Source: an uncultured Pseudomonadota bacterium (GTDB lineage: Bacteria; Desulfobacterota; Binatia; Binatales; Binataceae). Taken from it: a stretch of DNA of 64,000 nucleotides. The DNA is taken from positions 9,193 through 73,192 of the forward strand of contig CAWCJN010000007.1 in assembly GCA_963795945.1 (NCBI GenBank). Direction: 5' to 3'. Both the position numbers and the translations under genes were made by a program. The notes under the pieces were generated by a model that saw nothing but the letters and a program-made list of their open reading frames with translations, ran no database searches and was not told the origin of the DNA. Positions within the stretch are counted from its first letter, which is position 1, and each line of letters starts with the position of its first letter. Shown in pieces: positions 9,335 through 18,962 of this stretch.

Positions 9335-10531
9335 TCATTCGCTCTCGACGTTCGAGGGCGGTGGCGCTTTGAGTTGGCCGCGGTCGCGACCTTCAGTGAT
9401 CCAGTGTTCGACTTCGCGCCGTTCGCGTGCGAGGAAGTTCGCGATCGCCTTGCGTAAGCCGCCATGCTCGATGAAATGCATACTGCGGGTCAGGGCCGGG
9501 TTGAAGCCGCGCAGCCATTTGTACTCGCCGCCCGCACCGGGCTCGAAGCGCTGGATACCACTCGCGATACAATGTTCGATCGCGGCATAGTAGCAAACGT
9601 TAAAATGTAGATAGCGGACTTCCTCAAACGCGCCCCAGTAGCGTCCGTAGAAAACTCCCGATTTTTGGAAATTGATCGTTCCGGCGATTAGCTTGTGACC
9701 CTGCCATGCGCCGATAAAGCATAGATAGTGTTTGAAGTGATCACGGAGTTGGTCGAAAAAATTGGCTGTTAGATACTGGCGGCCCCAGTAGAGCTTCTGG
9801 ATCGTCGATAGATAGATTTTATAAATCGCACCGAACATGGCATCGGGGATCTCGTCGCCGACCAGCGCCCGAACCTCGATACCTTGTTCGCCTAGCGCCG
9901 CACGCTCATGCTTAACCGCGTAACGCCGCTTGCTCTTGAGCTGACCTAGATAGTCGTCGAACGTGGTGAACGACGCGTTTTGCCAGTGATACTGATAGCC
10001 GAGTCGCTCAAGAAAACCGAGGTCCTTCAGGATGGCGGCTTCATCTTCGGTGCAGAAATTTACATGCACCGACGAGATCTCATTGTCTGCACATAAGCTT
10101 CTGAGACCTTGACCGAGCGCCCGCACCATCACGTTACGATCGATTTCCGGCGCGACCAGAAAGCGCCGTCCAGTATGCGGTGTAAATGGCACGCCGACCA
10201 GCAGTTTGGGGAAATAACGGATGCCTGCGCGTTCTGCCGCGTCGGCCCATCCGTGGTCAAACACGAATTCGCCCATGCTATGGCTCTTAAGATAAAGTGG
10301 GCAGGCGGCGACGAGACGGCGGCTCAAGCGCTCGCGCACGAGCAGATGGTATGGCATCCAGCCGGTCTTGCGCGTAGCGCTCTTCGATTCCTCCATCGCA
10401 CAGAGCCAGTCCCAATCAAGGAAAGGGGTGTCGTCAGGCGCGAGCAGAGCATTCCAGTCCGCGCGCGGGATGTCCCGCATCCGTTCGATGCTGGAAATTT
10501 CGATTTCGTTCAGGGTTGGGACAGCTGGCAT
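9335..10531 (-). CDS. FemAB-like / GNAT-fold protein (DUF482 family)
   Basis: 398 aa. It carries TPFLDWDWLCAMEESKSATRKTGWMPYHLL and a C-terminal FEPGAGGEYKWLRGF, typical of PF04339-type proteins. It is co-oriented with the ACAD gene across a 12-nt gap. Confidence 0.6.
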   Translation of the reverse strand: MPAVPTLNEIEISSIERMRDIPRADWNALLAPDDTPFLDWDWLCAMEESKSATRKTGWMPYHLLVRERLSRRLVAACPLYLKSHSMGEFVFDHGWADAAERAGIRYFPKLLVGVPFTPHTGRRFLVAPEIDRNVMVRALGQGLRSLCADNEISSVHVNFCTEDEAAILKDLGFLERLGYQYHWQNASFTTFDDYLGQLKSKRRYAVKHERAALGEQGIEVRALVGDEIPDAMFGAIYKIYLSTIQKLYWGRQYLTANFFDQLRDHFKHYLCFIGAWQGHKLIAGTINFQKSGVFYGRYWGAFEEVRYLHFNVCYYAAIEHCIASGIQRFEPGAGGEYKWLRGFNPALTRSMHFIEHGGLRKAIANFLARERREVEHWITEGRDRGQLKAPPPSNVESE

Positions 10532-10689
10532 CGGGATTAACTTTAGAACTGATTCTTGGGCTTCGCTAGCAGAGCCGAATCATCAAAAGTTAGGATAACC
10601 GAACACCCGTTCAATTGTGGGCAGATCGATGCCACATCGCGATTAATCTGATAAGCTCAATGCAAGGCCAACAGTACGAAGGTCATGTG

Positions 10690-11040
10690 ATGGTTAAGTT
10701 CAGAATCATGGCGCGGGCAAACGACGGCAGTGACGACGATGGTGGGACGATAATCGAGCGTCGGACCAAGCAGCAGACCAAGACCAAAAGACCGACCCTC
10801 TATAAATGTATCCTGCTGAATGACGACTACACACCAATGGAATTTGTAGTCGAAATTCTCAAACATGTTTTTCATAAGGATACCGCCGAAGCGACGCGCA
10901 TCATGCTGCATGTTCATCAGAACGGGATGGGGGTAGCGGGAGTCTATCCGTATGAGATTGCGGAGACCAAGGTGCGCACCGTCGAGGAATTGGCGCGCGA
11001 GAATCAGTTTCCGCTCAAGTGTGTAATGGAGAAGGAATAG
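10690..11040 (+). CDS. clpS: ATP-dependent Clp protease adaptor ClpS
   Basis: [57 protein letters not shown] is the ClpS core. The start is chosen at an internal ATG; ORF 10615 is the upstream limit. Confidence 0.9.
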   Translation: MVKFRIMARANDGSDDDGGTIIERRTKQQTKTKRPTLYKCILLNDDYTPMEFVVEILKHVFHKDTAEATRIMLHVHQNGMGVAGVYPYEIAETKVRTVEELARENQFPLKCVMEKE

Positions 11041-11091
11041 CGAGGAAGTGGGGCGCAAGCGCAACTTTCGAACCGGTATTATAATAAAATT

Positions 11092-13419
11092 ATGGCTTCA
11101 CCGGGAGTTATGATTAGCCGCGAATTGCAGGTCACGCTGCAACTCGCGATGACCGAGGCATTAAATCGGCGACACGAATACGTCTGCCTTGAACATCTGC
11201 TGTACGCGATGCTGCATGATGTAACGACTAGCAGCATTCTCGAGAACTGCGGGGCGGACCTCGCAGCGCTGCGCAAAAATTTGCGTAAGTACCTCGACGA
11301 AGAAGTCGAACGACTGCCGAAAGGCGAACAGGTCCAGCCGCATTATGCCAGCGGAGTACAGCGTGCACTACAACGTGCGGCGCTGCACGCGCAATCAGCG
11401 GGCCGCGAGGAGATCAATGGCTCGCAGGTGCTAGTTGCATTGTTCAATGAGGCGGAATCACAGGCTGTCGCGTTCCTGCAGGAGCAAGGCGTTACCCGTT
11501 TCGATGTGATCAATTTCATCTCGCATGGCGTATCGAAGACCGGGTCTGATCAGGATCGCGAGGTGCGCGGCGCTAATGACGAAGAGGCGGAAGGCGGCGC
11601 AGATACCGAGGGCGAGAGTGAAGAGGGTGGGGTGCCGAAAGTCTCGCCCGCCAAGGCGCTCAAGACCTATGCGATCAATCTCGCTGAGCGCGCTGCAAAA
11701 GGACAAATCGATCCGCTGATTGGGCGTAAGAACGAAATCGAGCGCGCGGTTCACGTACTGCTGCGGCGGCGCAAGAATAATCCGGTCTTCGTCGGTGAGG
11801 CGGGAGTCGGCAAAACTGCATTGGCCGAGGGTCTCGCGCTCGCGGTGCACGACGGCAAGGTGCCGCCCGCGCTTAAGGACATTCAGATTTTCGCGCTCGA
11901 TATGGGCGCATTGCTGGCGGGCACGCGCTTTCGCGGCGATTTCGAGCAGCGTCTCAAGGCAGTGATCAAGGCTGCGACCGGCAATAAGAATATTGTTCTT
12001 TTTATCGACGAAATTCATACAATCGTTGGCGCCGGATCGGCGTCCGGCTCGACGATGGATGCGTCGAACCTGCTCAAACCCGCATTAGCGTCAGGCGAAT
12101 TGCGCTGTATCGGCTCGACCACCTACCAGGAGTACAAACGCTCGTTTGATCGCGATAAAGCGTTGGCGCGCCGGTTCCAGCGAATTGATGTCGCCGAGCC
12201 GACGCAGGACGAGGCAATTCAAATCCTCAACGGCCTGAAAGGTCATTACGAAAAGCATCATAATGTTCGTTATACCTCCTCGGCGATCCGGGCCGCGGTC
12301 GAATTATCCGCGCGCCACATCAATGATCGTTATCTGCCGGACAAGGCGATTGATGTAATGGACGAGGCCGGAGTCGCCGGGCATCTGCGTGGCAAGAATG
12401 GCGAATCCGTCGTGGTCGGCGCGCGCGACGCCGAGCGGACTGTGGCGCGAATGGCGAAAATCCCCGAGCGCTCAGTCTCGGCTTCCGATCGGAGCCGTTT
12501 GCAGGAGCTTGAACCTGACCTTAAGCAGGTCGTGTTCGGTCAGGACTCGGCAATCGAAGCAGTGTGTCGTGCGATCAAACTCGCAAGGTCGGGGCTGGCG
12601 CATCCCGATCGTCCGGTCGGAGCATTCCTCTTTGCCGGACCGACCGGCGTCGGCAAGACTGAAGTAGCACGCCAGTTGGCCAAAGTGATGGGCGTCGAAT
12701 TTCTCCGCTTCGACATGTCAGAGTATATGGAGCGCCATACCGTTTCCCGTCTAATCGGTGCACCCCCGGGGTATGTCGGCTTCGATCAGGGCGGATTGCT
12801 TACTGACGCGATCAATAAGAATCCACATTGCGTGCTTTTGCTCGACGAGATCGAGAAAGCCCATCCGGACCTGTTCAGTATCCTGTTGCAGGTGATGGAT
12901 CACGCGACACTGACTGATAACAACGGGCGCAAGGCAGACTTCCGCAACGTGATTATCGTGATGACCACCAACGCGGGCGCGCAGGAACTATCACGTGCGA
13001 TGATCGGGTTTGGCGCAGCCATTACGACTGGCTCACCCAAGGCTGTGATCGATCGGATGTTCTCGCCGGAGTTTCGCAATCGGCTCTCGGCGACTATTGA
13101 GTTTGCACCGCTCAGCCCAGTGGTAATCGAGATGGTGGTGGATAAATTCCTCGACGAGCTCCGCGCACGCTTAGCAGTAAATAAAGTGACGCTTGAGGTT
13201 TCATCAGATGCCAAGAAGTGGCTGGCCGAGCACGGCTATGACCATCGATTCGGCGCACGGCCGCTCGGCCGTTTAATCGAGAATGAGATCGCGCGGGTGC
13301 TTGCCGACGAGGTGCTGTTCGGCAAGCTGACTAAGGGCGGCAAAGTGAGCGTCGATCTCGCGGACGCCAAGCTATCGTTCACCTATCCGGAAGCCTTAGC
13401 GGAAGTTCCAGCAGTCTAA
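11092..13419 (+). CDS. clpA: ATP-dependent Clp protease ATP-binding subunit ClpA
   Basis: 775 aa with a Clp_N domain and two AAA+ modules ([18 protein letters not shown]). It lies directly after clpS. Confidence 0.95.
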   Translation: MASPGVMISRELQVTLQLAMTEALNRRHEYVCLEHLLYAMLHDVTTSSILENCGADLAALRKNLRKYLDEEVERLPKGEQVQPHYASGVQRALQRAALHAQSAGREEINGSQVLVALFNEAESQAVAFLQEQGVTRFDVINFISHGVSKTGSDQDREVRGANDEEAEGGADTEGESEEGGVPKVSPAKALKTYAINLAERAAKGQIDPLIGRKNEIERAVHVLLRRRKNNPVFVGEAGVGKTALAEGLALAVHDGKVPPALKDIQIFALDMGALLAGTRFRGDFEQRLKAVIKAATGNKNIVLFIDEIHTIVGAGSASGSTMDASNLLKPALASGELRCIGSTTYQEYKRSFDRDKALARRFQRIDVAEPTQDEAIQILNGLKGHYEKHHNVRYTSSAIRAAVELSARHINDRYLPDKAIDVMDEAGVAGHLRGKNGESVVVGARDAERTVARMAKIPERSVSASDRSRLQELEPDLKQVVFGQDSAIEAVCRAIKLARSGLAHPDRPVGAFLFAGPTGVGKTEVARQLAKVMGVEFLRFDMSEYMERHTVSRLIGAPPGYVGFDQGGLLTDAINKNPHCVLLLDEIEKAHPDLFSILLQVMDHATLTDNNGRKADFRNVIIVMTTNAGAQELSRAMIGFGAAITTGSPKAVIDRMFSPEFRNRLSATIEFAPLSPVVIEMVVDKFLDELRARLAVNKVTLEVSSDAKKWLAEHGYDHRFGARPLGRLIENEIARVLADEVLFGKLTKGGKVSVDLADAKLSFTYPEALAEVPAV

Positions 13420-13443
13420 ATCTTCGAGGCTGCGCGGTCGCTT

Positions 13444-13794
13444 CTAGAATGGCGGCATCGCAGCTTCGAGATTGATCCGCTCAGCGCTGCGATAAGCATC
13501 AATTATCCCCCATATCCACAGTATTGGCGTGGTGAAAAAACCGATAATCACCAGCATCAGCATCCAGGAGACCAGATAGGTAAACATCATTATTAATCCC
13601 TTGGATATCTGGCCGTTGTAAATTTGCCCTAAGCCGCAAATAAAGAATGAGAGGACCGCGGCGATTCCGGGATTTTTCACGGAGTGATTCGTGATGAAGT
13701 GCGTGGGAACCATCTGAGATCGCACCGGGATAGCGCAGCTTTTGCAATATCGCGCGTCATCTACGTTCGCGACGCCACATTGCGTACAAAACAC
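13444..13794 (-). CDS. Zinc-ribbon plus TM2-like small membrane protein
   Basis: N-terminal CxxC..CxxC (MFCTQCG...YCKSC), followed by two hydrophobic helices with GLGQIYNGQ..KG. Confidence 0.6.
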   Translation of the reverse strand: MFCTQCGVANVDDARYCKSCAIPVRSQMVPTHFITNHSVKNPGIAAVLSFFICGLGQIYNGQISKGLIMMFTYLVSWMLMLVIIGFFTTPILWIWGIIDAYRSAERINLEAAMPPF

Positions 13795-13999
13795 TAAATC
13801 GCCCTCGAGCCGGAATTCAAAATTCGTCTCGGATCAAAAGAAGAATAGAGATGGATCGTTTGATGTGCAATTCCGCTCGGAGAAGATCGCTCAATGGAAC
13901 GCGCGCGTAAGATGGTCAACATTGAATTAATCGCCCAGAGCTTTTTGCGACTAACGGAGCAATTTTACTGCAGGGCAATTTGGAAACCAAAAGGTACTT

Positions 14000-14329
14000 T
14001 CAAACCCATCGTACAATTGCGATCGAAAACACGGTAATGAGAAACGAACTAATACTCAACAATATAAATGCAATCAGGGGTGTCGATATGCATGCGCCAA
14101 GCAATTCAATCAGAAGAATTCTAAACAATATGTAGATCAAATTAGTCGTGAAAGCAGGCTCTGAGACATCGGATTCCTGCTCCCATCCTGCAACCATACG
14201 GCGTGATCCCGCGGCTAGCAGTAGAACTAATCGCGTCATAAGGGTTTCCAACGAGGGTATCCATTGTCGATTTCTAATTTCACGCAGCACAGCGTCTGTT
14301 TCACTACCCAAGTCAACTAATAGTTTCAT
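14000..14329 (-). CDS. Hypothetical membrane protein (109 aa), third gene of the unknown trio
   Basis: Soluble N-terminal half, then a strongly hydrophobic C-terminal half (LIYILFRILLIELLGACISTPLIAFILLSISSFLITVFSIAIV). Its ATG overlaps the upstream stop as ATGA at 14326-14329. Confidence 0.5.
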   Translation of the reverse strand: MKLLVDLGSETDAVLREIRNRQWIPSLETLMTRLVLLLAAGSRRMVAGWEQESDVSEPAFTTNLIYILFRILLIELLGACISTPLIAFILLSISSFLITVFSIAIVRWV

Positions 14330-14682
14330 TCGGATTGCAGTTTCATCAGAGAGTGCTTGCGCCTTACGTGAATGGACCTTGGTCTCCAGCCCAACGATTT
14401 CACCCTTTGCGACTGTTTTGCTCGGCCTACTTCGATACGTACTCTTTCGATCGCGCGATTCTTAGCTACTTCACCACGAGCCCAAGCCTTGACTTTGACG
14501 GTTTGATACCAAGTATGAAAGATCGGAATCAGAAGGAGACTCAAAACCACAAAGGCGGTCCCAAGCAACGCCGCGAATTTTCCATCAGTAGGGTGCCCTA
14601 ACAAAATCACGACAATATATCCGCTGGCGGCTCCGGCCAGCACCTTAGCACCGAAACGCCCACTCACGAGGTGTTCTTTCAA
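14326..14682 (-). CDS. Hypothetical membrane protein (118 aa), second gene of the unknown trio
   Basis: Two predicted TM helices (VLAGAASGYIVVILLG, ALLGTAFVVLSLLLIPIF), then a basic tail. Translationally coupled to 14000..14329. Confidence 0.5.
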   Translation of the reverse strand: MKEHLVSGRFGAKVLAGAASGYIVVILLGHPTDGKFAALLGTAFVVLSLLLIPIFHTWYQTVKVKAWARGEVAKNRAIERVRIEVGRAKQSQRVKSLGWRPRSIHVRRKHSLMKLQSE

Positions 14683-14789
14683 TGAAATTTGCTAAAAGTT
14701 AATGCGTCGATAACCTATCGGGCTGCTGAGAAAAGTTGATTGTTGGCCAGACGAATCAAAAAGGATCAAAACTATATTTGATTTGAAAA

Positions 14790-15338
14790 TCAATCAGCTT
14801 TTGCTCCCAATTCGCAATTCAGGCGATCAGCAAAGGCCTTACTCATACCAAGCAACTGGTCAATAGTTTGATCCTTCAACTGCTGCGGCCAGTCCCTCTC
14901 CATAACATCCTGAATTTGACGCGAAGTCTGTTCCTGCAATTTGATCAAGATGCTTTGTCTTTGCCCGACATTTTTTAAACCCAACTCCGCTAGAAATTGA
15001 AGGTGCGAGTCGTTTAACTGCATCAGTACACGTTCGACCTTCGCAGTCATCTCGGCCGATTTTGCACGTACGGCCTCTTTCAGCTCGTGCCCGACCAGCT
15101 CTAATCTCGCATTGTAGTATTGCTCCCAGTGCGCCCGCGCCACTTTGCGATCGATTTGCCGGGCTCGATAACGGTCGATAATATTGCCCGGCTCGGGAGT
15201 AATAGGGGTAGGCATCGTAGTTTCAGCTGCTACTGGCGGCAGGATTTCTGGCATAATCACTTGGTTGGAGGCTTGAGAATTATCTGAGTTGCCCCTATCG
15301 CGGATAATCCTATCAACTTCGTCCCACTTACCTGCCAT
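14790..15338 (-). CDS. Hypothetical helical / coiled-coil protein (182 aa), first gene of the unknown trio
   Basis: Only long ORF in this stretch. It has a low-complexity N-terminus and then a heptad-like helical region. No family recognised. Confidence 0.5.
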   Translation of the reverse strand: MAGKWDEVDRIIRDRGNSDNSQASNQVIMPEILPPVAAETTMPTPITPEPGNIIDRYRARQIDRKVARAHWEQYYNARLELVGHELKEAVRAKSAEMTAKVERVLMQLNDSHLQFLAELGLKNVGQRQSILIKLQEQTSRQIQDVMERDWPQQLKDQTIDQLLGMSKAFADRLNCELGAKAD

Positions 15339-15370
15339 AGTTCGTCTCCGGAGAAAAATGGATTGCCAAT

Positions 15371-15396
15371 TAAAACCCGAAAATGCGTCCTTTCGG
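15371..15396 (-). terminator. Putative intrinsic terminator after nadB
   Basis: Stem CCGAAA/TTTCGG (15377-15382 with 15391-15396) and an 8-nt loop. On the minus strand it is followed by GUUUUAAUU. Confidence 0.45.
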
Positions 15397-15483
15397 AAAT
15401 TTTGCAGTATTTAAAGCAGTACGTAAAGGCGATTTGTTAATTCAATCGCAATCTTTGTATTTGTTTTATGTGGCCGCAAAAAC

Positions 15484-17091
15484 TCATAGCTCAGCTATCG
15501 ATTTGATGGCCGTATCGCACATCCAATTCAGGTCGTCGCGGTCGGGATAATCGATATTATAGTGGAGACCACGAGATTCCTTGCGGGCCATCGCACAGCG
15601 CACGATCAAATTGCCCACTGCAACGAGATTGCGTAATTCTATCAGGTCGGAATCAATCCGATGATCCCAGTAGTAGCCATGAATTTCCTCGTCGAGCATC
15701 CTGATCCGCCGCAGGGCACGCTCAAGCCGTAAATCACTGCGTACTATTCCGACGTAATTCCACATCAGGCGGCGAATCTCTTCCCAACTTTGCGTGATCA
15801 GCACGCGCTGTTCGCTTTCAATTGCGTTACCGGAGTCCCACTCGGGAAATTCGGGCGGTAAGCCGCGATCATTCTGCAGTTTTGCACTGGCGGCAGAGAA
15901 ACCTCGGCGGCCCATCACTGCGGCTTCGAGCAAAGAATTGGAAGCGAGTCGGTTTGCGCCGTGCAGCCCGGTCATCGCGACTTCACCCGCGGCGTAAAGC
16001 CGGGGAATTCCGGTTTGACCCGTGAGGTCGGTCATCACACCGCCGCACATGTAGTGTGCTGCCGGAACCACCGGAATCGGGCCGGTAGTCAAATCGAAGC
16101 CGTAACCGAGACATCGACGGTAGATGTTAGGGAAACGGTCGCGGATGTAATCCGATGGACGATGACTGATATCGAGATAAACACAATCCAGTCCGAGGCG
16201 CTTCATCTCGGAATCGATCGCGCGAGCAACCACGTCGCGTGGAGCAAGCTCGGCATCGAGATGATATCGCTTCATGAATGGTGTGCCGTCGAGCAGGCGC
16301 AGGATTGCGCCTTCGCCACGCAGTGCCTCGGAAATCAGAAATGACTTGGCGGCGGGGTGGTATAAGCAAGTCGGATGAAATTGGTAGAACTCCATGTTCG
16401 CGATTGGCGCACCCGCCCGATACGCCATCGCAACTCCATCACCCGAGGCGATCTCCGGATTAGTCGTGTAGAGATAAACTTTCCCCGCACCGCCCGTCGC
16501 GAGCATCGTGGCGCGCGCGACGATCCTGCGCACCGCCATCGTGCTCTTTTCGAGCGCATAGACGCCCCAGCAAGCGCCGCTTTTTCGGGTTCCCTCCTTT
16601 TCGATCAGCAGATCAATCGCTACGTGGTCTTCGAGAAACTGGATGTTCGGACATTCGCGCGCCGCTTCGCCCAAAGCTCGCATAATTTCGCGACCGGTTA
16701 GGTCCTGCGCATGGAGCACTCTGCGATGCGAATGGCCGCCTTCACGACCGAGGTCGTATTCGTCTTCACCGCCTTCTTCGATTCGCGTGAAGCGCGTACC
16801 AAGCTCAATCAGTTCGCGGACGACCGCCGGTCCGTCGCGCACTATCGCTTCGACTGCTTCGCGATTGCACAGACCGGCGCCTGCGCGCAATGTATCTTCG
16901 ATATGCGACTCGAACGAATCATCGACGCTCCATACGCTCGCAATACCACCCTGCGCATAAGCAGTGTTAGCTTCGCTGCTTGCTGCCTTAGTAAGCACAA
17001 TGACCGATCCGATTTTCGCGGCTTCGATAGCGAAGAGGAGGCCGGCGATACCTCCACCCACGACAAGATAGTCGCTGCTGAAAATCTTCAT
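15484..17091 (-). CDS. nadB: L-aspartate oxidase
   Basis: 535 aa with an FAD-binding N-terminus (VVGGGIAGL), HAQDLTGREI, FYQFHPT and RGEGA motifs of NadB / succinate dehydrogenase flavoprotein-like enzymes. Confidence 0.95.
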   Translation of the reverse strand: MKIFSSDYLVVGGGIAGLLFAIEAAKIGSVIVLTKAASSEANTAYAQGGIASVWSVDDSFESHIEDTLRAGAGLCNREAVEAIVRDGPAVVRELIELGTRFTRIEEGGEDEYDLGREGGHSHRRVLHAQDLTGREIMRALGEAARECPNIQFLEDHVAIDLLIEKEGTRKSGACWGVYALEKSTMAVRRIVARATMLATGGAGKVYLYTTNPEIASGDGVAMAYRAGAPIANMEFYQFHPTCLYHPAAKSFLISEALRGEGAILRLLDGTPFMKRYHLDAELAPRDVVARAIDSEMKRLGLDCVYLDISHRPSDYIRDRFPNIYRRCLGYGFDLTTGPIPVVPAAHYMCGGVMTDLTGQTGIPRLYAAGEVAMTGLHGANRLASNSLLEAAVMGRRGFSAASAKLQNDRGLPPEFPEWDSGNAIESEQRVLITQSWEEIRRLMWNYVGIVRSDLRLERALRRIRMLDEEIHGYYWDHRIDSDLIELRNLVAVGNLIVRCAMARKESRGLHYNIDYPDRDDLNWMCDTAIKSIAEL

Positions 17092-17320
17092 CGATCAACT
17101 CCGCAGAGGCTGGAGAATCGAGGGTTGTTCGGTCGTTATTTTAAGGGTGCATGAACGATGAAGGCAATACGGCAGAGCGCTGACCGATCATGTATTTACC
17201 AATTTAGCTAATTTAAACAAATTACCGCTAATGATGAGCTAGTTTAAGATAATAGTTGTCTTAAAGGCGTTTGATAAGCTACGGTATCACGCAACAGCAC
17301 GGTTGAACATTGTCCGAGTC

Positions 17321-17331
17321 GGGGGGGGGGG
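17321..17331 (+). repeat. Homopolymeric G11 tract 4 nt upstream of an ATG
   Basis: gtcGGGGGGGGGGGttacATG. The tract occupies the RBS position of the G8-domain gene, whose ATG is at 17336. Confidence 0.9.
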
Positions 17332-17751
17332 TTACATGGGTACACGGACGAGATTAAACTGGCTGATCAAAAATTTCCTACGCCTCCTCGCGGTCTTGAT
17401 CATAGTCGGAGTTGTGGTCCGCAGGACCGGCGCCGCGCTCACGGCCACATCCGCGGCAACGTGCGGTGATCCAGTTAATTCAGACTTGCAGCCCGGAACG
17501 GGCGAAGACCTCGAAATCACAACCGGCGTCTGTACTGTAGGCGCCGGAACTTACAATTACGGCAACGTCAACATATATAAAGGCGGAACGCTCAAGTTTT
17601 CTGATGCTCAAATAGATTTTTGGGCCAAATCCATCCTGATCGAAAATACCGGCGTTTTGCAGGCCGGCATTGACTGGAATGAACCCCAAAATCTGGACAG
17701 CTGGAGGCGGACGAATTGGACCGGGCGGCCGGGCTTATCGGAGGAGAGGCT

Positions 17752-18107
17752 ATGGCAAGGCACCGGAGCTTCAGCTTCGAGTTCAAGCGACAAGTGGTAT
17801 TGGACTTTCTGGAGGGCCGCGCGGAGTTGCGCGGGCTGGCACGTCAGCACAGCCTTTCACGACATCTCATCCGCCTGTGGATCCAGAAGTACGAGGCGGG
17901 GCAGCTCAATGATGAAGTGGCTGACGCCACCCGCATCGCGGAATACGAGACCACGATAGCGAGCTCGAGCGCAAGGTCGGCCAGTTGACAATGGAGGTTG
18001 ACCTCCTGAAAAAAGGGGCGCGCTGGGCACGTCGGCCGAGCGGCGAGAGTTCCTCGATCGTGAGCGGTCCGCAACCATCTCGGTTGCGGGAGGATGCCGA
18101 CTCATGA
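17752..18107 (+). pseudogene. IS3 transposase OrfA with an extra frameshift
   Basis: MARHRSFSFEFKRQVVLDFLEG...IRLWIQKYEAG is in one frame. The zipper [20 protein letters not shown] is in the next frame, with the shift near 17957-17965. The repaired frame stops at 18105-18107, overlapping the orfB ATG. Confidence 0.7.
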
Positions 18108-18904
18108 AGCTGGCGCGCTCAACCTATTATTACCGCAGCCGCCGCTCTGCGACGGAGAAAGTAGTCCTGCACCAGCGCATTGCGGAACTCAGCGCGGAAT
18201 TTCCGCGCTACGGCTATCGGCGGATTACCCATCAGCTGCGCGCCGAAAGGCTGCATATCAATCACAAGGCGGTAGCGCGGATCATGCGCGAAAACGGGCT
18301 CCAGGTGCGGCCTTTGCGTCGCTTCGTGCGCACCACCCAGAGCGACCATCAAGACCCGATCTTTCCCGACCTGACGCGCGGTTTTATTCCGACGGCACCC
18401 GATCAACTATGGGTATGCGATCTGACCTACGTGGCGATCGCGGCGGGTTTCGTGTACGTCGCCGTGATCCTCGATGCCTGGTCGCGGCGGGTGTTAGGCT
18501 ACGCACTATCGAAGCGCATCGATACGCGACTGACGCTGGCAGCGCTACGTACGGCCGTCGACTCGCGCCGGCCTCCACCCGGCTGCATCCACCATTCGGA
18601 CCGTGGCGGGCAGTACACGTCAGCCGCCTATCGACAGGCGCTGAAGGATTATGGGCTGCGGGGATCAATGGGACGGCGCGGTAATCCCTACGACAACGCG
18701 AAAGCCGAAAGTTTTATGAAAACCCTCAAGTGCGAAGAAGTCTACCTGAGTGACTACCGAACTTTCGCCGACGTGATCGAACGGCTTCCCCGTTTTATCG
18801 ACGAAGTGTACAACGCGCGCAGATTGCACTCAGCGCTGGGTTACCTGGCGCCTGTGCGATTCGAGGAGGAACACACCCGGCAGCCGGTCCAATCTCCCGC
18901 CTGA
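18104..18904 (+). CDS. IS3-family transposase OrfB (rve integrase core)
   Basis: 266 aa: LWVCDLTYV...[11 protein letters not shown]...[20 protein letters not shown]...[19 protein letters not shown], which supplies the DDE triad. Confidence 0.9.
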   Translation: MKLARSTYYYRSRRSATEKVVLHQRIAELSAEFPRYGYRRITHQLRAERLHINHKAVARIMRENGLQVRPLRRFVRTTQSDHQDPIFPDLTRGFIPTAPDQLWVCDLTYVAIAAGFVYVAVILDAWSRRVLGYALSKRIDTRLTLAALRTAVDSRRPPPGCIHHSDRGGQYTSAAYRQALKDYGLRGSMGRRGNPYDNAKAESFMKTLKCEEVYLSDYRTFADVIERLPRFIDEVYNARRLHSALGYLAPVRFEEEHTRQPVQSPA

Positions 18905-18962
18905 TAGGTGTCCAGCTCGAAGGGTTCACTCCATAGGTGTCCAGCTCGAAGGGTTCACTCCA
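18905..18962 (+). repeat. Perfect 29-bp tandem duplication of the IS3 right inverted repeat
   Basis: TAGGTGTCCAGCTCGAAGGGTTCACTCCA occurs at 18905-18933 and again at 18934-18962. Confidence 0.95.

Larger units (their letters stand above)
17675..18962 (+). mobile_element. IS3-family insertion sequence
   Basis: IRL is TGGAATGAACCCCAAAATCTGGACAGC (17675-). The reverse complement of the right end is TGGAGTGAACCCTTCGAGCTGGACACC (20/27). It has orfA and orfB with an A6G slippery site. The right end is present twice (ends at 18933 and 18962). No target duplication is recognisable. Confidence 0.8.

Noticed and set aside
11161-13214. Numerous 60-190-aa ORFs antisense to or overlapping clpA, and likewise within nadB, xfp, ggt, pepP and the G8 gene
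   Set aside because: These are shadow ORFs typical of GC-rich coding DNA. Each lies inside a long, well-supported gene on the other strand or frame.
17675-17700. Reading WNEPQNLDSW as part of the G8 protein
   Set aside because: This stretch matches the IS3 right end in inverted orientation (20/27), so it is the IS left inverted repeat. The host gene resumes at about 18961-18963.
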